Of a stretch of DNA of 64,000 nt, positions 46,250 to 58,342 are shown piece after piece. The translations under genes and the position numbers were made by a program. Origin of the DNA: Octopus vulgaris (Eukaryota); assembly GCA_951406725.2 (NCBI GenBank), contig OX597823.1:13702001-13766000 (forward strand), in the 5' to 3' direction. Each line of letters starts with the position of its first letter. Within the stretch, counting starts at the first letter, position 1. A model generated the notes under the pieces. It was not told the origin of the DNA, did not search any database, and worked only from the letters and a program-made list of their open reading frames with translations.

Positions 46250-47540
46250 AATTGGAACGAGGTTACGAGCAAGGTGTCCAGCCTCACTCAGAAATTAGCT
46301 GAAATAGAGTTATACTTAAAAATATCGAGCAGAGGTAATGAACGCCGTACCTCCCACTCAGTCCTAACATACCGCCTGTGTTGTGCCTTGCCACAGTCCC
46401 CACTCGGTCAAATTAAAGCATCTGCACTTCCCCCTCCTCTAGAAGAGAGACATTCCACTGCTCAACCACCCTCTCTCAGAAGAGCAGGCTCGGAATATCG
46501 TGTCTCTCAAAGCAGAGACGCACCGAGGTTGCACCACCGCCAGATTTTCTTGGCCAGTAGGAAGATGAGGCCTGCATTTGTAAGACACGTTTTTCTGCAA
46601 GTCATCTTTTGGACGGAACTGCAGTCTTAGGTCAAGAAAAGACCAGCATTGGGCACCTGATACCTGGAAGCATTTGCCACCTGCAACCACTCAATGCGAT
46701 CAATAGTATTTCCACTTTAGCAATTCGTAGGGAACTGGTAGTAGGTAAGAGTGATGAAGATCTCGGAGAAACTCAAGGAGCTGACGCAGAAGAACGAAAT
46801 TATTATGGATAGCTTTTAGAAACCTTGGCAGGACAGTGTTACTGAAAGACACTACCAGTCGAAGATAAACTCTACCTGAAAGGAGATACCGCCAGATGGT
46901 GCTGTCTGAGATGTACGCAGAGCGACGACACCTCACTACACTCACCAGTGCAGTGTCTGAGTATTGCCAAAGTTATGTCACATGTACGATGAAACTGACT
47001 ACCAGGCGAATTCATCACGAGGATCGTCTCACCATCCACATTAAACAGTGTTCTGGGCAGTGTTCCTTTGTCTGGTGGCTTGGTGGACAAAGCCGAAAAG
47101 ATTGAGGGTAGACAAATTTCTTTTCGGTCAAGTAGTCATCAACTTTTGTAAGTCCCGCTTGGAGAGGAAAGAGAGGGTGGAGAGAGGCGAGGTGCTTTTG
47201 CCCAGGGAATTCGTCAAGTGGTTGGTGACCGTGTTTGAAATTGTTATACTCATTAGAACTACTGTAAACTTATGCCTAAAGATTGGGGATCAACAGGTGG
47301 ATAGCGATCTGTGGGGCTCTTTGACTGACCCTCCTCGGAGTCTCTCCAGTATCAGAAGAACAGTTTCATCAACGTATCCACATATTTAGTGCACTATGTA
47401 TATTTTTTATCTCAAAACTTTTTCTTCCCTCCTTTTCTTCTTCTCTTCCCCTTTTTTATGTAAATTAGCACACAAATTGTAAACAGTCTTTGTATTGTCC
47501 TCCATCGACTGGTGCCCCGGTGAAAATGAAATGAAATCAT
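46250..47540 (+). mobile_element. Decayed Tx1/L1-clade LINE 3' part
   Basis: RDAPRLHH (cf. RHALRLRY) and CLRCTQSDDTSLHSPVQC (cf. CPRCDQSDETVLHALVQC) match the 4403-7125 element; pyrimidine-rich 3' UTR. Confidence 0.78.
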
Positions 47541-47559
47541 CCTCATTATTATTATTTTA

Positions 47560-48052
47560 TTGTCTTTGCACCACTTCTAACGCTGGAGACGTACTGCGGT
47601 GTCAGCTATTCATTGCCAGTGAACTAAGGTAACACACCTTATGTTTTCGAGCACCATCCGAAGTATTCGATCGGTTCCAAGCAGTGCTATTTCCTGTAAA
47701 TGCTCCACCCTTTTTGCAGCCCCTATTTGTTCCATGTACTTCTCAAGAGTTTTACTCACTGTTCGCAGGGTTCCGACAGTTATTGGTACTACTACCTTCT
47801 TTTTCATCGACCACAACTGCTGAGCCTCCCAAGCTAACCTGTGATATCTATCGACTTTTCTTTCTTGCTTATCGCATACCTTTTTGTCAGCTGAGCATGT
47901 TATATCTATAATCCAGTATTGTTTGCTTTCTTTCTCAATTAACACTTTGTCTGGTTTCCTATTCTCTATCTCATGGTCTCACTGAATCATAAAATCCCAT
48001 AGAATCTTTGTATTATCATTTTCGATGATGCCTTCGGGTTTATGTGCGTACC
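47560..48052 (-). mobile_element. R4/Dong-type RLE endonuclease 3' fragment flanked by (TTA)n
   Basis: HKPEGIIENDNTKILWDF...RKPD...IIDI...K.DRY..LAWE...VVPITVGTL...LQEIALLGT.RILR.VL. Confidence 0.88.
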
Positions 48053-48991
48053 TTATTATTATTATTTTTAATTATTAGTATTGCTGTTGTTGTATCTAAG
48101 CTATTTTGACCGTAAGATTTCATAAAGTTCTCCGACGTAAACTGGCATGATTAACGTTATAATTCTAAATACATTTGCGTGGGAAAGAAGGTTGAAAACA
48201 TCCATTTATTAATGGAGATGCAATTATCCTACCAACTCCTCTCCCTACAGCCAGCCGTCCAAAATTCTATTTTAAATGCCAGCAAGTTTGACGCTTGAAG
48301 AGTGAGAAAATGTAGGAAGTAGCCATGACAGACTTTATAACTGTATCATTAAACTTGCCTGCCTTAAAACTTTTTGCTGACTAAAGTGAAAATGTGAGTT
48401 TATCTGAAGAGATTTTAGAGAAGTATAAGTAATGTGCGGGCGTTAGACAAGACTAGTAATGCTATGGCGGAGCACAGCATTCAGACAGGAAGCAGCACCA
48501 GTATAAACATTAAGAACGATAACGATAACACAGCAGAAATAAGAACATCAACAACAGTAGCAGAATCAATAGCAGAAACGCGATGACAACAACGGGAAAA
48601 CTAAACACAAGTCGGAAAAATAATGCAGTAGAAGACAAGAAAAAAAAAATAAGATCGAAAAGAGTAAGAATGTCAACAAAATGTCGAACGGAATACGTTC
48701 GTAACAACAGCAACAACACAAAAACAAAAACAAAAGAACAAAAAAGACTACAGTGACAAAAACAAGGACAAACAGAAAATATAAATAACAACGGCACTAA
48801 TTGTAAAAAAAAAATAATATTAACACCAAGAAATATAGCTCGTGGTGTCTAAGAACGACTAGCAGCATGTTTAAACTTGTTTCAGTACCAAAGTGAAAAT
48901 ATACCGGTGGTTAAAGCTGAGCGGTTAAAAGGGTCGCTTTGTAAATCACGCTGTTTTGGGAATCAGTCACCGCTGCGTGGAACTTTTGGGC

Positions 48992-49372
48992 ATGTAGCGG
49001 CACAAGCAGCAAGCACCACATTGGATGGGATCTCGCGGCAGGCCATTGCCATCTCCGAGACTGGAGTGAGACCTCACCTGCATCCATTTGCCATGCGCGA
49101 GATCACAACGAGGCTCGTTATGGAGAAAACTATATAAAGGGAAAGCCCTCTTCAAATTTCACTTCTTCGGCGCCACTACACAGCAGGGCTTCCTGAACCA
49201 CCACTGGCAGAGGCTTTCTGCCTGACTATCTCCAGAGGCAATGCGCCCACACAAACGGAGCTTAAGATGGTAGCTGAGAGCAGCACACTTCACCTATCCT
49301 GTAAATAAACCAGTTGTAAATAGCAGTTATACTTGAAGTCTTTTTTCTTCGCCCCCCGGAAGCCTAAACTAC
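48992..49372 (+). mobile_element. Possible solo LTR
   Basis: GC-richer island, tgtag...ctacg termini, tatataaa at ~49130 and aataaa at ~49304; no clear TSD. Confidence 0.4.
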
Positions 49373-50834
49373 GTAAAAAACAAGAAAATGATGGAAGGAG
49401 ACGATATTCCTCCGATATCGTAAACCTTACCTTCTATCATTAAAGGCAAATTTCTTCTAACATAAGCTCCGGGCGATCAATAAGCTTGTAAGTGAATTTT
49501 GGGTTGACAGAAGCCCGTCGTATACACACACACACACACTATCTGAGAATAAAATTTTGATTTAAGGAAATATGTCGCTATAGAATTCAGTTGAGAGAGT
49601 AAGTCAGTTAAGAGTAAGATCATCGATTGTTGACTAGAAATTATCGACGTCTGAAAGCTATTGTCCAGGCGATTCTTCTTTTACTGCTTACATTGAGGAT
49701 GTATAAATGTGAGTGACGTGTATGATTGTATAATGTAATTAATAAATTTGGTTAATTTACAAATTCAATGACGGTTAAAATTTATGGATTTACTCAGTAG
49801 TAAAGTTTATTACGAAGACTAAATACTACTAACATGTCGACAGCCAAAAATGTGTCAAATATTCGAATCAGTTCATCTGATTTAGTTATACTTCTAATAA
49901 CGATGGTTTAAATACAATTTCACAATGGTTAGTTAAGAGAAGAAATAATTGATTGTTGAGGCGAATAAAATGACGCTTGAAGCTGTATCTCAGCTGAACC
50001 CTGTTTTATTTTCCTTATTGGATTGTGTAAATATGACAGACGTTTACAACTCTCCAATGTATTTAAGAAATGTAATTAACTTATAAATATAAATGTAATA
50101 ACTGCTAAAATCTGTGGATTTATCTCATAGTAAAGTTTAGTATAGTGAGAAAATATACAGGGGTGATATAGCTTCTAGGAGAAGCTGAATATTTCATTGG
50201 CAAGTACTCTCTCTTTTACTCTTTTATTTGTTTCAGTCATTTGACTACGGCCATGCTGATTTACTTATACTTAAATTAAATTCTAAGCCATCACACGTAA
50301 GCGAGTGAGTTGGTAGAGTCTACCACAATTGTCTACAACAAATTCGCTAATTACGCTGAGGTGTCTACGTAGTTGCCAGCAGATAGACTCATTCTTGGAC
50401 ATACAAGCTTTGACCTAACCGAATATTGTAGATGTTAGAGCGGGAGGGTAAAAGAGAGCTGACCCAGCACTAGGCTTATAATCCTCGTTCTCCTTCTTGT
50501 TTTCATCTGCGCACCAATTCAACGTATTTTATTTGTTATTGTTTACAAATTATTTGTCCAGATTTATCTCCTTCTTCCTTGCATCCTTGCACGAGCACTT
50601 GTACGATCTTCTTACAAACTATAATCAAAAAAATACTTCCTAATTTCATTGTTGCACCTCTTTCATTTTTGTTATTTATATTTGTGCGTTTGACGTAATA
50701 AAACGACTATTTTCCCCCAACACAGAATATCTCTACTTTTCTCGAGGTCTTCTGCTTTAACATTTGGTTTGGATTTTTCTTGTCTATAACAGATAATACT
50801 GGATTTGAATACTAACGTCTAAGACCTAATATTT

Positions 50835-51620
50835 ATGATGGCCGGAAAGAGACAATGAAGTGGCAATAAAAAAAATAGTGCGGAGAAAGGTCACAAACAG
50901 ATTATGATAGACGCTAAACTTGATGCTTAAACCGTTTTATGCTGGAGAAAAATGCAGCCATATTGCAGAAATATTAAAGTTACTAATGTGTACAGTGGGA
51001 ACAATACATGACAATAAAGATAAATTAAGTCGAGTATTCAAACAGCTACTTTCTTAAATGACCAGACATTGATTTTTCAAAGATTGTATGAGATGCTTAA
51101 TATAGAACGGTTCTTAAGTGTACGGATCAATGATCAGACGAGGCTTAATGTACCGATAAACTCGATTCTTATTCAGAAGAAAGCTAAAAGTTTGAATGGC
51201 GATTTGCAGGCAGAAGAAGGTGTAATTCTAATGTATAACCTTTCCTGGCTTGTAGACACTGACTTGAAACTTCCAAGAGCCGCCATATTTTGTACAAAAA
51301 TAAAAGCGATCATTGAGCTGACAGATCTGATAAGACAATACCAGCTAATTTTACCAGAGAAGGTAAAAGAAAATATATTCGAATGAGTCTGTACACCAGC
51401 ACAATGTATAACATTGAGGAAACTGGACCTCTGGAAGTGCATAGCTACGAGGATTCTTGTGAAGAAAATTCAGCGCCAAAATTGCCCAGAGAAGGTAAAG
51501 GAAAATGATATTAGAGTGAGTCTGTACACCAGCGCAATGTATAACATTCATGAAACTGGAGCTCCTTGGAAGCACATAGCTACGAGGATTCTTGGGGAAA
51601 AAATTCAGCACCAAACTTTC
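50835..51620 (+). mobile_element. Tigger/pogo-like transposase remnant with 132-bp internal duplication
   Basis: IERFLSVRINDQ...VPINSILIQKKAKSL (CENP-B-type HTH); MYNIEETG...WK (first catalytic-D region) duplicated at 51354 and 51486. Confidence 0.7.
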
Positions 51621-52051
51621 AAGCTTCCAAACATCGCCTTACATTCCTTGCCTTCGCAAATAATATTTTTGTTTTTGTTTTGTACTGTAGCCTTCAGTCG
51701 AACCAAATTTTGCTAGTGTAAGTGGATAGACAAACGCTGCGCCAATTGTACCAGTAATTCAACGTCACATGCTGTCTAAGTATTAGCATCATAGTACACA
51801 ACCATGCGGAATATTTACCCACATAAGCACAGATTCAATGAGGAGGTAGTTTAGTTGACCAAACAACTGAAACATCACCGTCAAAGCTGAGAGAGATCCG
51901 TTTACACACGAACACATTGATATCCTCATGCACACATATGCACATAGGCATGTGCATGCGCGTGCATGTATTGGGGGGGTGTCTGGAATCTACTACCGTG
52001 AATGACAGATGAGGGCGCTATCTGCTAGTTATTGCTGAACAACATACTCAG

Positions 52052-52745
52052 AAGATTTGTTTCCCAACTACATGTTCCAGGATTAGTCCCATTGCGTAGC
52101 ACCTTGGGCAAGTGTCTTCTATTCTAATCTCAGGCTGACTAAAACCTTGCGAATGGATTTAGCAGAGGGAAAGCGACAGAAGCTTGTCATGTGTGTGTGA
52201 GTGTGTATGTGTGTCTGTACACATAGTAAATATATAGGATAATGTAGTCTGGAGTGTCATATTGTCTATAAAATATATATTCTAACCATGGCTAGAATTG
52301 CCTTTTGATCAAAGTCTGTTGGATGAGGTTGTCTTGAGGCTTAAGTAATTCAACAAGTAAACATAAAAACCCAAAACAAAAAAAAAACGCCATCATAGAG
52401 ATTAATAATATATTTTATTTTAGCTGAGTCAGTCTCTTGCTGTTCCGAGATTCACCTAAAAGGTACATACGGTCTTCAGACAAGTTATGGCGGTGGTGGT
52501 GATGGTGATGGTTTTCATAGAATCTTAGCCGTCGTTGCGTAGCTGCTATTGCAGAAGTTATGCTGGCTGACATCATCGGGAGCGGATTTGTTAACGGTAG
52601 TACCACCTACATTTGTGTGTGTCCTGTCATGTGACCCGATAATATTGCTCCAGCTATCTTCCGTGATCTTCACCATCTGGATTATCATGATCACAATCAT
52701 CATTATCGACGTCATCGTCATCATCATCTTCATCATCACCAGTAA

Positions 52746-52817
<72 letters not shown>

Positions 52818-53102
52818 TACCATCATCATCATCATCATCATCATTACCATCATCATCATCACCACCAATGCCACCGCCGCGACTATCATCACTACAACCA
52901 CAACCACCATTGTCATCATCATCATCATCATCATCGCCTCCACCACGACTACAACTACCATCACCACTACCACAATCACCATCATCGTCATCGTCATCAT
53001 CATCATCATTCTCATCATCATCATCATCATCATCATCATCACGACCATCATCATCATTGCCTTCACTACAACCACAACTACCATCACCACTAACATAATC
53101 AC

Positions 53103-53135
<33 letters not shown>

Positions 53136-53762
53136 CATCATCATCATCATCACCTTCATCATCATCCTCATCATCAAAACACCACCGATCGTACGTGCTT
53201 CATCATAACCGTCACTGGCAATATTTGTCAGCACCAGGTTGTTACTAGCAACATGTCTGTGACGCTATGAGAATCTGTATCGGAATTCTGTAGGCGCCAT
53301 TCATCAGATAAACATCGTCGACCTCACATAGAAATTTTTGATTGACAAACGAACTAATAGCCTCCATAATTAGACATTACATTGAAAGACGAGCTGTAAT
53401 TGTTATTATTTGTTTTTGTCTTTTTTTTTTCTTTTTTTTTTTGTTTTGGGTTTTTATGTTTACTTGTTGAATTACTTAATCCTCAAGACAGCCTCATCCA
53501 ATAGACTTTGATCAAAAGACAATTCTAGCCATGGTTAGAATATATATTTTATAGACAATATGACACTCCAGACTACATTATCCTATATATTTACTATGTG
53601 TACAGACACACATACACACTCACACACACATGACAAGCTTCTGTCGCTTTCCCTCTGCTAAATCCATTCGCAAGGTTTTAGTCAGCCTGGGGTTAGAGTA
53701 GAAGACAAGGTGCCACGCAGTGGGACTAATCCTGGAACATGTAGTTGGGAAGCAAACGTCTT
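52052..53762. repeat. ~335-bp inverted duplication (52052-52387 / 53433-53762) enclosing a (CAT)n field
   Basis: Arms are near-identical, covering a diverged SINE C fragment plus non-SINE flank. Confidence 0.92.
52683..53176. repeat. Degenerate (CAT)n/(CAC)n microsatellite
   Basis: Direct reading; source of the poly-M/I ORFs. Confidence 0.96.
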
Positions 53763-53789
53763 AAGACACAGCCATGCCTGTGCCTATAC

Positions 53790-53832
<43 letters not shown>

Positions 53833-53914
53833 GGTCCCGGGTTGAGTCGGGGTTAACCACAGTAAATAAGGTACTCAATACATAGTAGAGTAAATTAATT
53901 TATTTTATAGAAGG

Positions 53915-53965
53915 AGCTTCTACAGGACTAGAACTGTTTCATTCAAAAGAAATCATCAGGAAGCT
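53915..53965 (-). ncRNA. Type I hammerhead ribozyme motif (left arm of palindrome)
   Basis: agcttc-CTGATGA-t-ttc-tttt-gaa-t-GAAAC-ag-ttctagtc-ct-GTA-gaagct; 6-bp stem I, 4-bp stem III. Confidence 0.8.
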
Positions 53966-53991
53966 AGGTGACAAGAATATTCTTGTCACCT

Positions 53992-54041
53992 AGCTTCCTG
54001 ATGATTTCTTTGAATGAAACAGTTCTAGTCCTGTAGAATCT
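53992..54041 (+). ncRNA. Type I hammerhead ribozyme motif (right arm of palindrome)
   Basis: Same motif with one stem I mismatch (gaatct) and one loop T deleted. Confidence 0.75.
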
Positions 54042-54051
54042 CCTTCTATAA

Positions 54052-54081
<30 letters not shown>

Positions 54082-54082
<1 letters not shown>

Positions 54083-54242
54083 GGCGTAGGAGTGGCTGTG
54101 TGGTAAGTAGCTTGCATACCAACCACATGGTTCCGGGTTCAGCCCCACTGCGTGGCATCTTGGGCAAGTGTCTTCTGCTATAGCCCCGGGCCGACCAATG
54201 CCTTGTGAGTGGATTTGGTAGACGGAAACTGTCGTAAATATG

Positions 54243-54276
<34 letters not shown>

Positions 54277-54710
54277 TCAAAATCAAGCGGCCATAATAGT
54301 TCACCCACTAGAAATAACAGCCAAAGCTTCAACCGCAAAACAACATTAATTCCGCAAACCAGGAGAAAATTAAAAAAACATTTACCCTGTATTCCTTATA
54401 CGATGCATTTCATCTATTGTTTAATGGTAAACTAACCTATTAAATATCAAGCTAGTCTTCCATAGGCCGATAGATTCGTCAGTAAGAACAGCCAGATCGG
54501 AGCAGATATTTACACGAGGCACTTCTATCGCTGTCTCGGCAATATCTGACCTAAAATTTTAATATAGGGTGGCAAAAAATTTCGTAGAATTTTTTTGCCA
54601 CCAGCGGCCTAGTGGGAAAAAATTAAATAGTCATAGACCATTTATAAATTCAACATCAAAATCAAGGAACGGCCATAATAGGCCATTCACCCACTAGAAA
54701 TAACAGCCAA

Positions 54711-54741
<31 letters not shown>

Positions 54742-54955
54742 CGTTTGTGTTTGTGTGTCTGTGTTTGTCCCCCTAGCATTGCTTGACAACTGATGCTGGT
54801 GTGTCTACGTCCCCGTCACTTAGCGGTTCGGCAAAAGAGACCGATAGAATAAGTACTGGGCTTACAAAGAATAAGTCCCGGGGTCGAGTTGCTTGACTAA
54901 AGGCGGTGCTCCAGCATGACCGCAGTCAAATGACTGAAACAAGTAAAAGAGTAAA

Positions 54956-54958
<3 letters not shown>
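54082..54958 (+). mobile_element. SINE family C split by an insertion in its internal (TA)n
   Basis: Head 54082-54240, tail 54725-54958, insert 54275-54711. Confidence 0.88.
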
Positions 54959-55002
<44 letters not shown>

Positions 55003-55005
<3 letters not shown>

Positions 55006-55175
55006 GTACAGGACCTCACCAACAGTAAACAGCATGAGATACGAAAACAAATGAGTTAAATACGCAAACGACGAAAGGAAAAATGTAAAACAGGACAAGT
55101 AACACAAACGATACAAAATAGACCCTTCATCAGTTGTCGGTTGTCTATCTACTACCTATTTCGAGCAATCAACAA

Positions 55176-55180
<5 letters not shown>
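55003..55180. repeat. Fragment of the 32040-32401 family between (TA)n tracts
   Basis: gacccttcatcagttgtcgg and catgagatacgaaa match the 32.2-kb copy inverted. Confidence 0.6.
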
Positions 55181-55220
<40 letters not shown>

Positions 55221-55224
<4 letters not shown>

Positions 55225-55570
55225 TGGTGCCTAGGACTCCAAATTTGCCATCAAGATGTAGGACAAGATACTGTGATAACCTGGGCTTCCGAGGCCCACA
55301 GCTCTTCAATATCCTCCCGAAGAACCTAAGAGACCTGCATGGGGTGGATGCAGATGTCTTTAATATGAAACTGGATCTTTTCTTGTCAGGTATCCCAGAT
55401 GAACCAACTTCACGGCAGGAGGTGCAGATGAGGGCAGCTGCATCGAACTCTCTCATGCACCAAATGGCAGTTGCTAAAAAGCATTCGTGAAGTAAAACCA
55501 TGTAGCAACACCAAATGGCGGTGCCCCAGCATGGCCACAGCTCGTGAGCTGAAACTAGAATCAATCAATC
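55221..55570 (+). mobile_element. CR1-like LINE 3' end
   Basis: GPQLFNILPKNLRDL...FNMKLDLFLSGIPDEP...RAAASNSL; 3' UTR stem-loop and (aatc)n tail. Confidence 0.85.
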
Positions 55571-55581
55571 ATATATATATA

Positions 55582-56852
55582 TAGGGGATAGTCAAAATAA
55601 TGGAAACACTAGCATCATAGCATCATATTTTTGCAATATCTGTAAAACCATCAAAAGCTTGTTTATTTTTATGTTTTTAATTTATTATTTGTGTTGCTTC
55701 ATATATTTTGCTAAAATTGCTGTTTGTTTTCATATATCAGCAGAAAAAGGTAATTAAAATTCATTAAAATGACAGATCTGTCGGACTTTCTCAAGAGGTC
55801 AAATTGTTAATGCTCGTATGACAGGCGCCAGCGTAACGAAAACAGCCAAAATGGTTAGTGTACAAAGAAGTACTGTCTCGAAAGTAATGACAGCATTTGG
55901 GAAAAAGAAAAAAACCACCTCATTCACACAAAACCCCGGATGAAAACCAAAACTTTCAGATAGGGACTGTCGGACGCTTACACGAATTGTTAGAAAGGAT
56001 CACAAAAGTACAGCTCCCAAAATTACTGATGAGCTTAATGACCACCTCGAGAACCCAGTTTCCACAAAAAGTGTTCGCCGGGAGCTGCACAAAGCCGGAT
56101 TTCATGGGAGGGCTGCAATCAGAAAACAACCACTTTCAAAAACAAACGTTGCAAAGCGTTTACAGTGGAATAAAATCCTACAGAATTGGTCCCTGTAGCA
56201 TGTTATTTTAGAAGAATGTTATTTTCTCGGACGAGTCATCTTTTACCTTATTTCCGACCACCGGCAGAGTATACGTATGGACACAGCCAAAAGAACCATT
56301 TGACCCAGACTATCTTCTTCCAACTGTTAAACATAGAGGAGGATCTGTGATGATCTGGTAGGTGGCTATATATATTGGAAATCCGCTATCCTAATTCTTT
56401 CCCTCCATAGCAGAATTAATAGTCAATACTAATTAAGCATTTCATCTGATCTAATTCATCCTAAGGTTGCGGAACTGCTTCCGGAGGGAAACGCAATCTT
56501 TCATGATGATAGTGCACCAATTCACACAGCTAAGAATTGCTACTGAATGGCACGAGGAACATTCTTATGAAATCGAACAGCTTATCTCGCCACCTCACTT
56601 CCCAAACCTCAATATTATTGAACATTTATGGTGCATTTTGGAATATCATGTAATGAGTCGATATCCTCCATCATCATCATCACTATAAGAACTGGAGACT
56701 GTTTTAGCTGAAGAATGAACAAAATTTCATTTGGAAATAATTCAAGCTTTGTACGAGTCCATAAATCGTAGAGTTCAATCTGTAATTACTACCCCATATT
56801 AAAATTAATTTGTTTTTGAAATTTAAAGTGTTTCCATTATTTTGTCCAACCC

Positions 56853-56855
<3 letters not shown>
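55582..56855 (+). mobile_element. Full-length decayed Tc1-like (DD34E) transposon in (TA)n
   Basis: TIRs agggg..gtcaaaataatggaaacact / agtgtttccattattttgtccaacccctg; RGQIV, VIFSDES, TVKH.GGSVMIW, FHDDSAPIH, PNLNIIEHLW; stops and frameshifts. Confidence 0.93.
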
Positions 56856-56920
<65 letters not shown>

Positions 56921-56923
<3 letters not shown>

Positions 56924-57230
56924 GAGGCGTAATGGCCCAGTGGTTAGGGCAGCGGACTCGCGGTCGTAGGATCGCGGTTTCGATTCCCAGACCGGGCGTT
57001 GTGAGTGTTTATTGAGCGAAAACACCTAAAAGCTCCACGAGGCTCCAGCAGGGGGTGGTGATCTCTGCTGTACCACTCTTCTCCCACTCTTTCTCCCACT
57101 CTTTCTTCTGTTGGCCTGCTCGTTTAGCCAGCGGGGTGGCATCATTCGAAGGCTAAAACAATGCGAACGCATTGTGACCAGTGATGTGTAACTACATCTG
57201 ATGGACTGGTCGGTCACGTGATCACGTGAT
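56921..57230 (+). mobile_element. SINE family A (tail B)
   Basis: Full head plus tail matching 600-735. Confidence 0.9.
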
Positions 57231-57547
57231 ATATATATATATATATACAGTGGAATTTGTGGTGGTCTATTTGAATCTTCGTCTGCTATGGGTTACATAT
57301 ATCTTCTAATTTTTATGAAATCTTTTCTTATTGATATTATGGATATTTATATGTATGAGATATTTATACCAAGTACTGTCGAAACGCATGTAACTAAACA
57401 ATTTTCACGTGTGATTTTGAGGGAGAATTGGGTACTAATTCTAGAAGATCAATGCAGTTGCAACTGAGTTTAAATCGCTGAACATAATATTTTGGAATAT
57501 AAAATATTACTTCACTACTCTCCCACTGTCTCTTTCTCTCTCTCTTA

Positions 57548-57578
<31 letters not shown>

Positions 57579-58342
57579 CCTCTCTCTTCAAATTTTATAA
57601 GAATTCCTTATCTTTGAAACTCAGACAAGTTAAATATGTGATCTGTATATGTTCACTGAATCACCGAGTTATAGCTGTCGCACATTCTTCAGAACATACA
57701 CAACTATTGATAAAACCAAAGCAAAACAAAAATAAACATAAAAATGAAAAAAATGGTAAAATAAGAAAATAGATATATGAAAAATAAAAAACTTACAAAA
57801 TTAAAGGGTAACTCCTTATCATTAAATAAATATAGAGAAAGGTCAAGGAAAGGAAATTTGTAATTCAAGCAATTAAGAAAATTGACAATTACCATTTACT
57901 TTAAAATGTATTGTCTCTAAACTATAGGACTAAGGATGTATGCGGGTGTTATCATATCTTTTTGTTCACAAGATTAATTATAGAGTGAACGATCTAAAGG
58001 TTTTGTTATAAAAATATTTACATCTTTACCGCTAGTTCACGTCTCTTATTCGGGTGGTTTTACTCTGACGTAAGTCCTAACTAACAATCTTCTAGGCAAA
58101 GCTGACATCTATTTTTCCTTCAACATAAGAAGCTGCACTGTTCAATACTAACCATTTCATATTATATTTTGTTTTCCTATCATTAAGCTCCGAAATTAGC
58201 TTGCTTAATGATGTCGATCTTTCCTTATTCCCATGTCTAAATGATGAAACGTGGTTCTAATATCGAGACTTGAAAATCGTTGCGCAACAACCTATGTAAT
58301 GGTAAACTGTTTTATCCGTAAAAATTGAAGATCTATAAACTA

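Noticed and set aside
52515-53234. 239-aa Met-rich and 219-aa Ile-rich ORFs
   Set aside because: Translation of a (CAT)n microsatellite.
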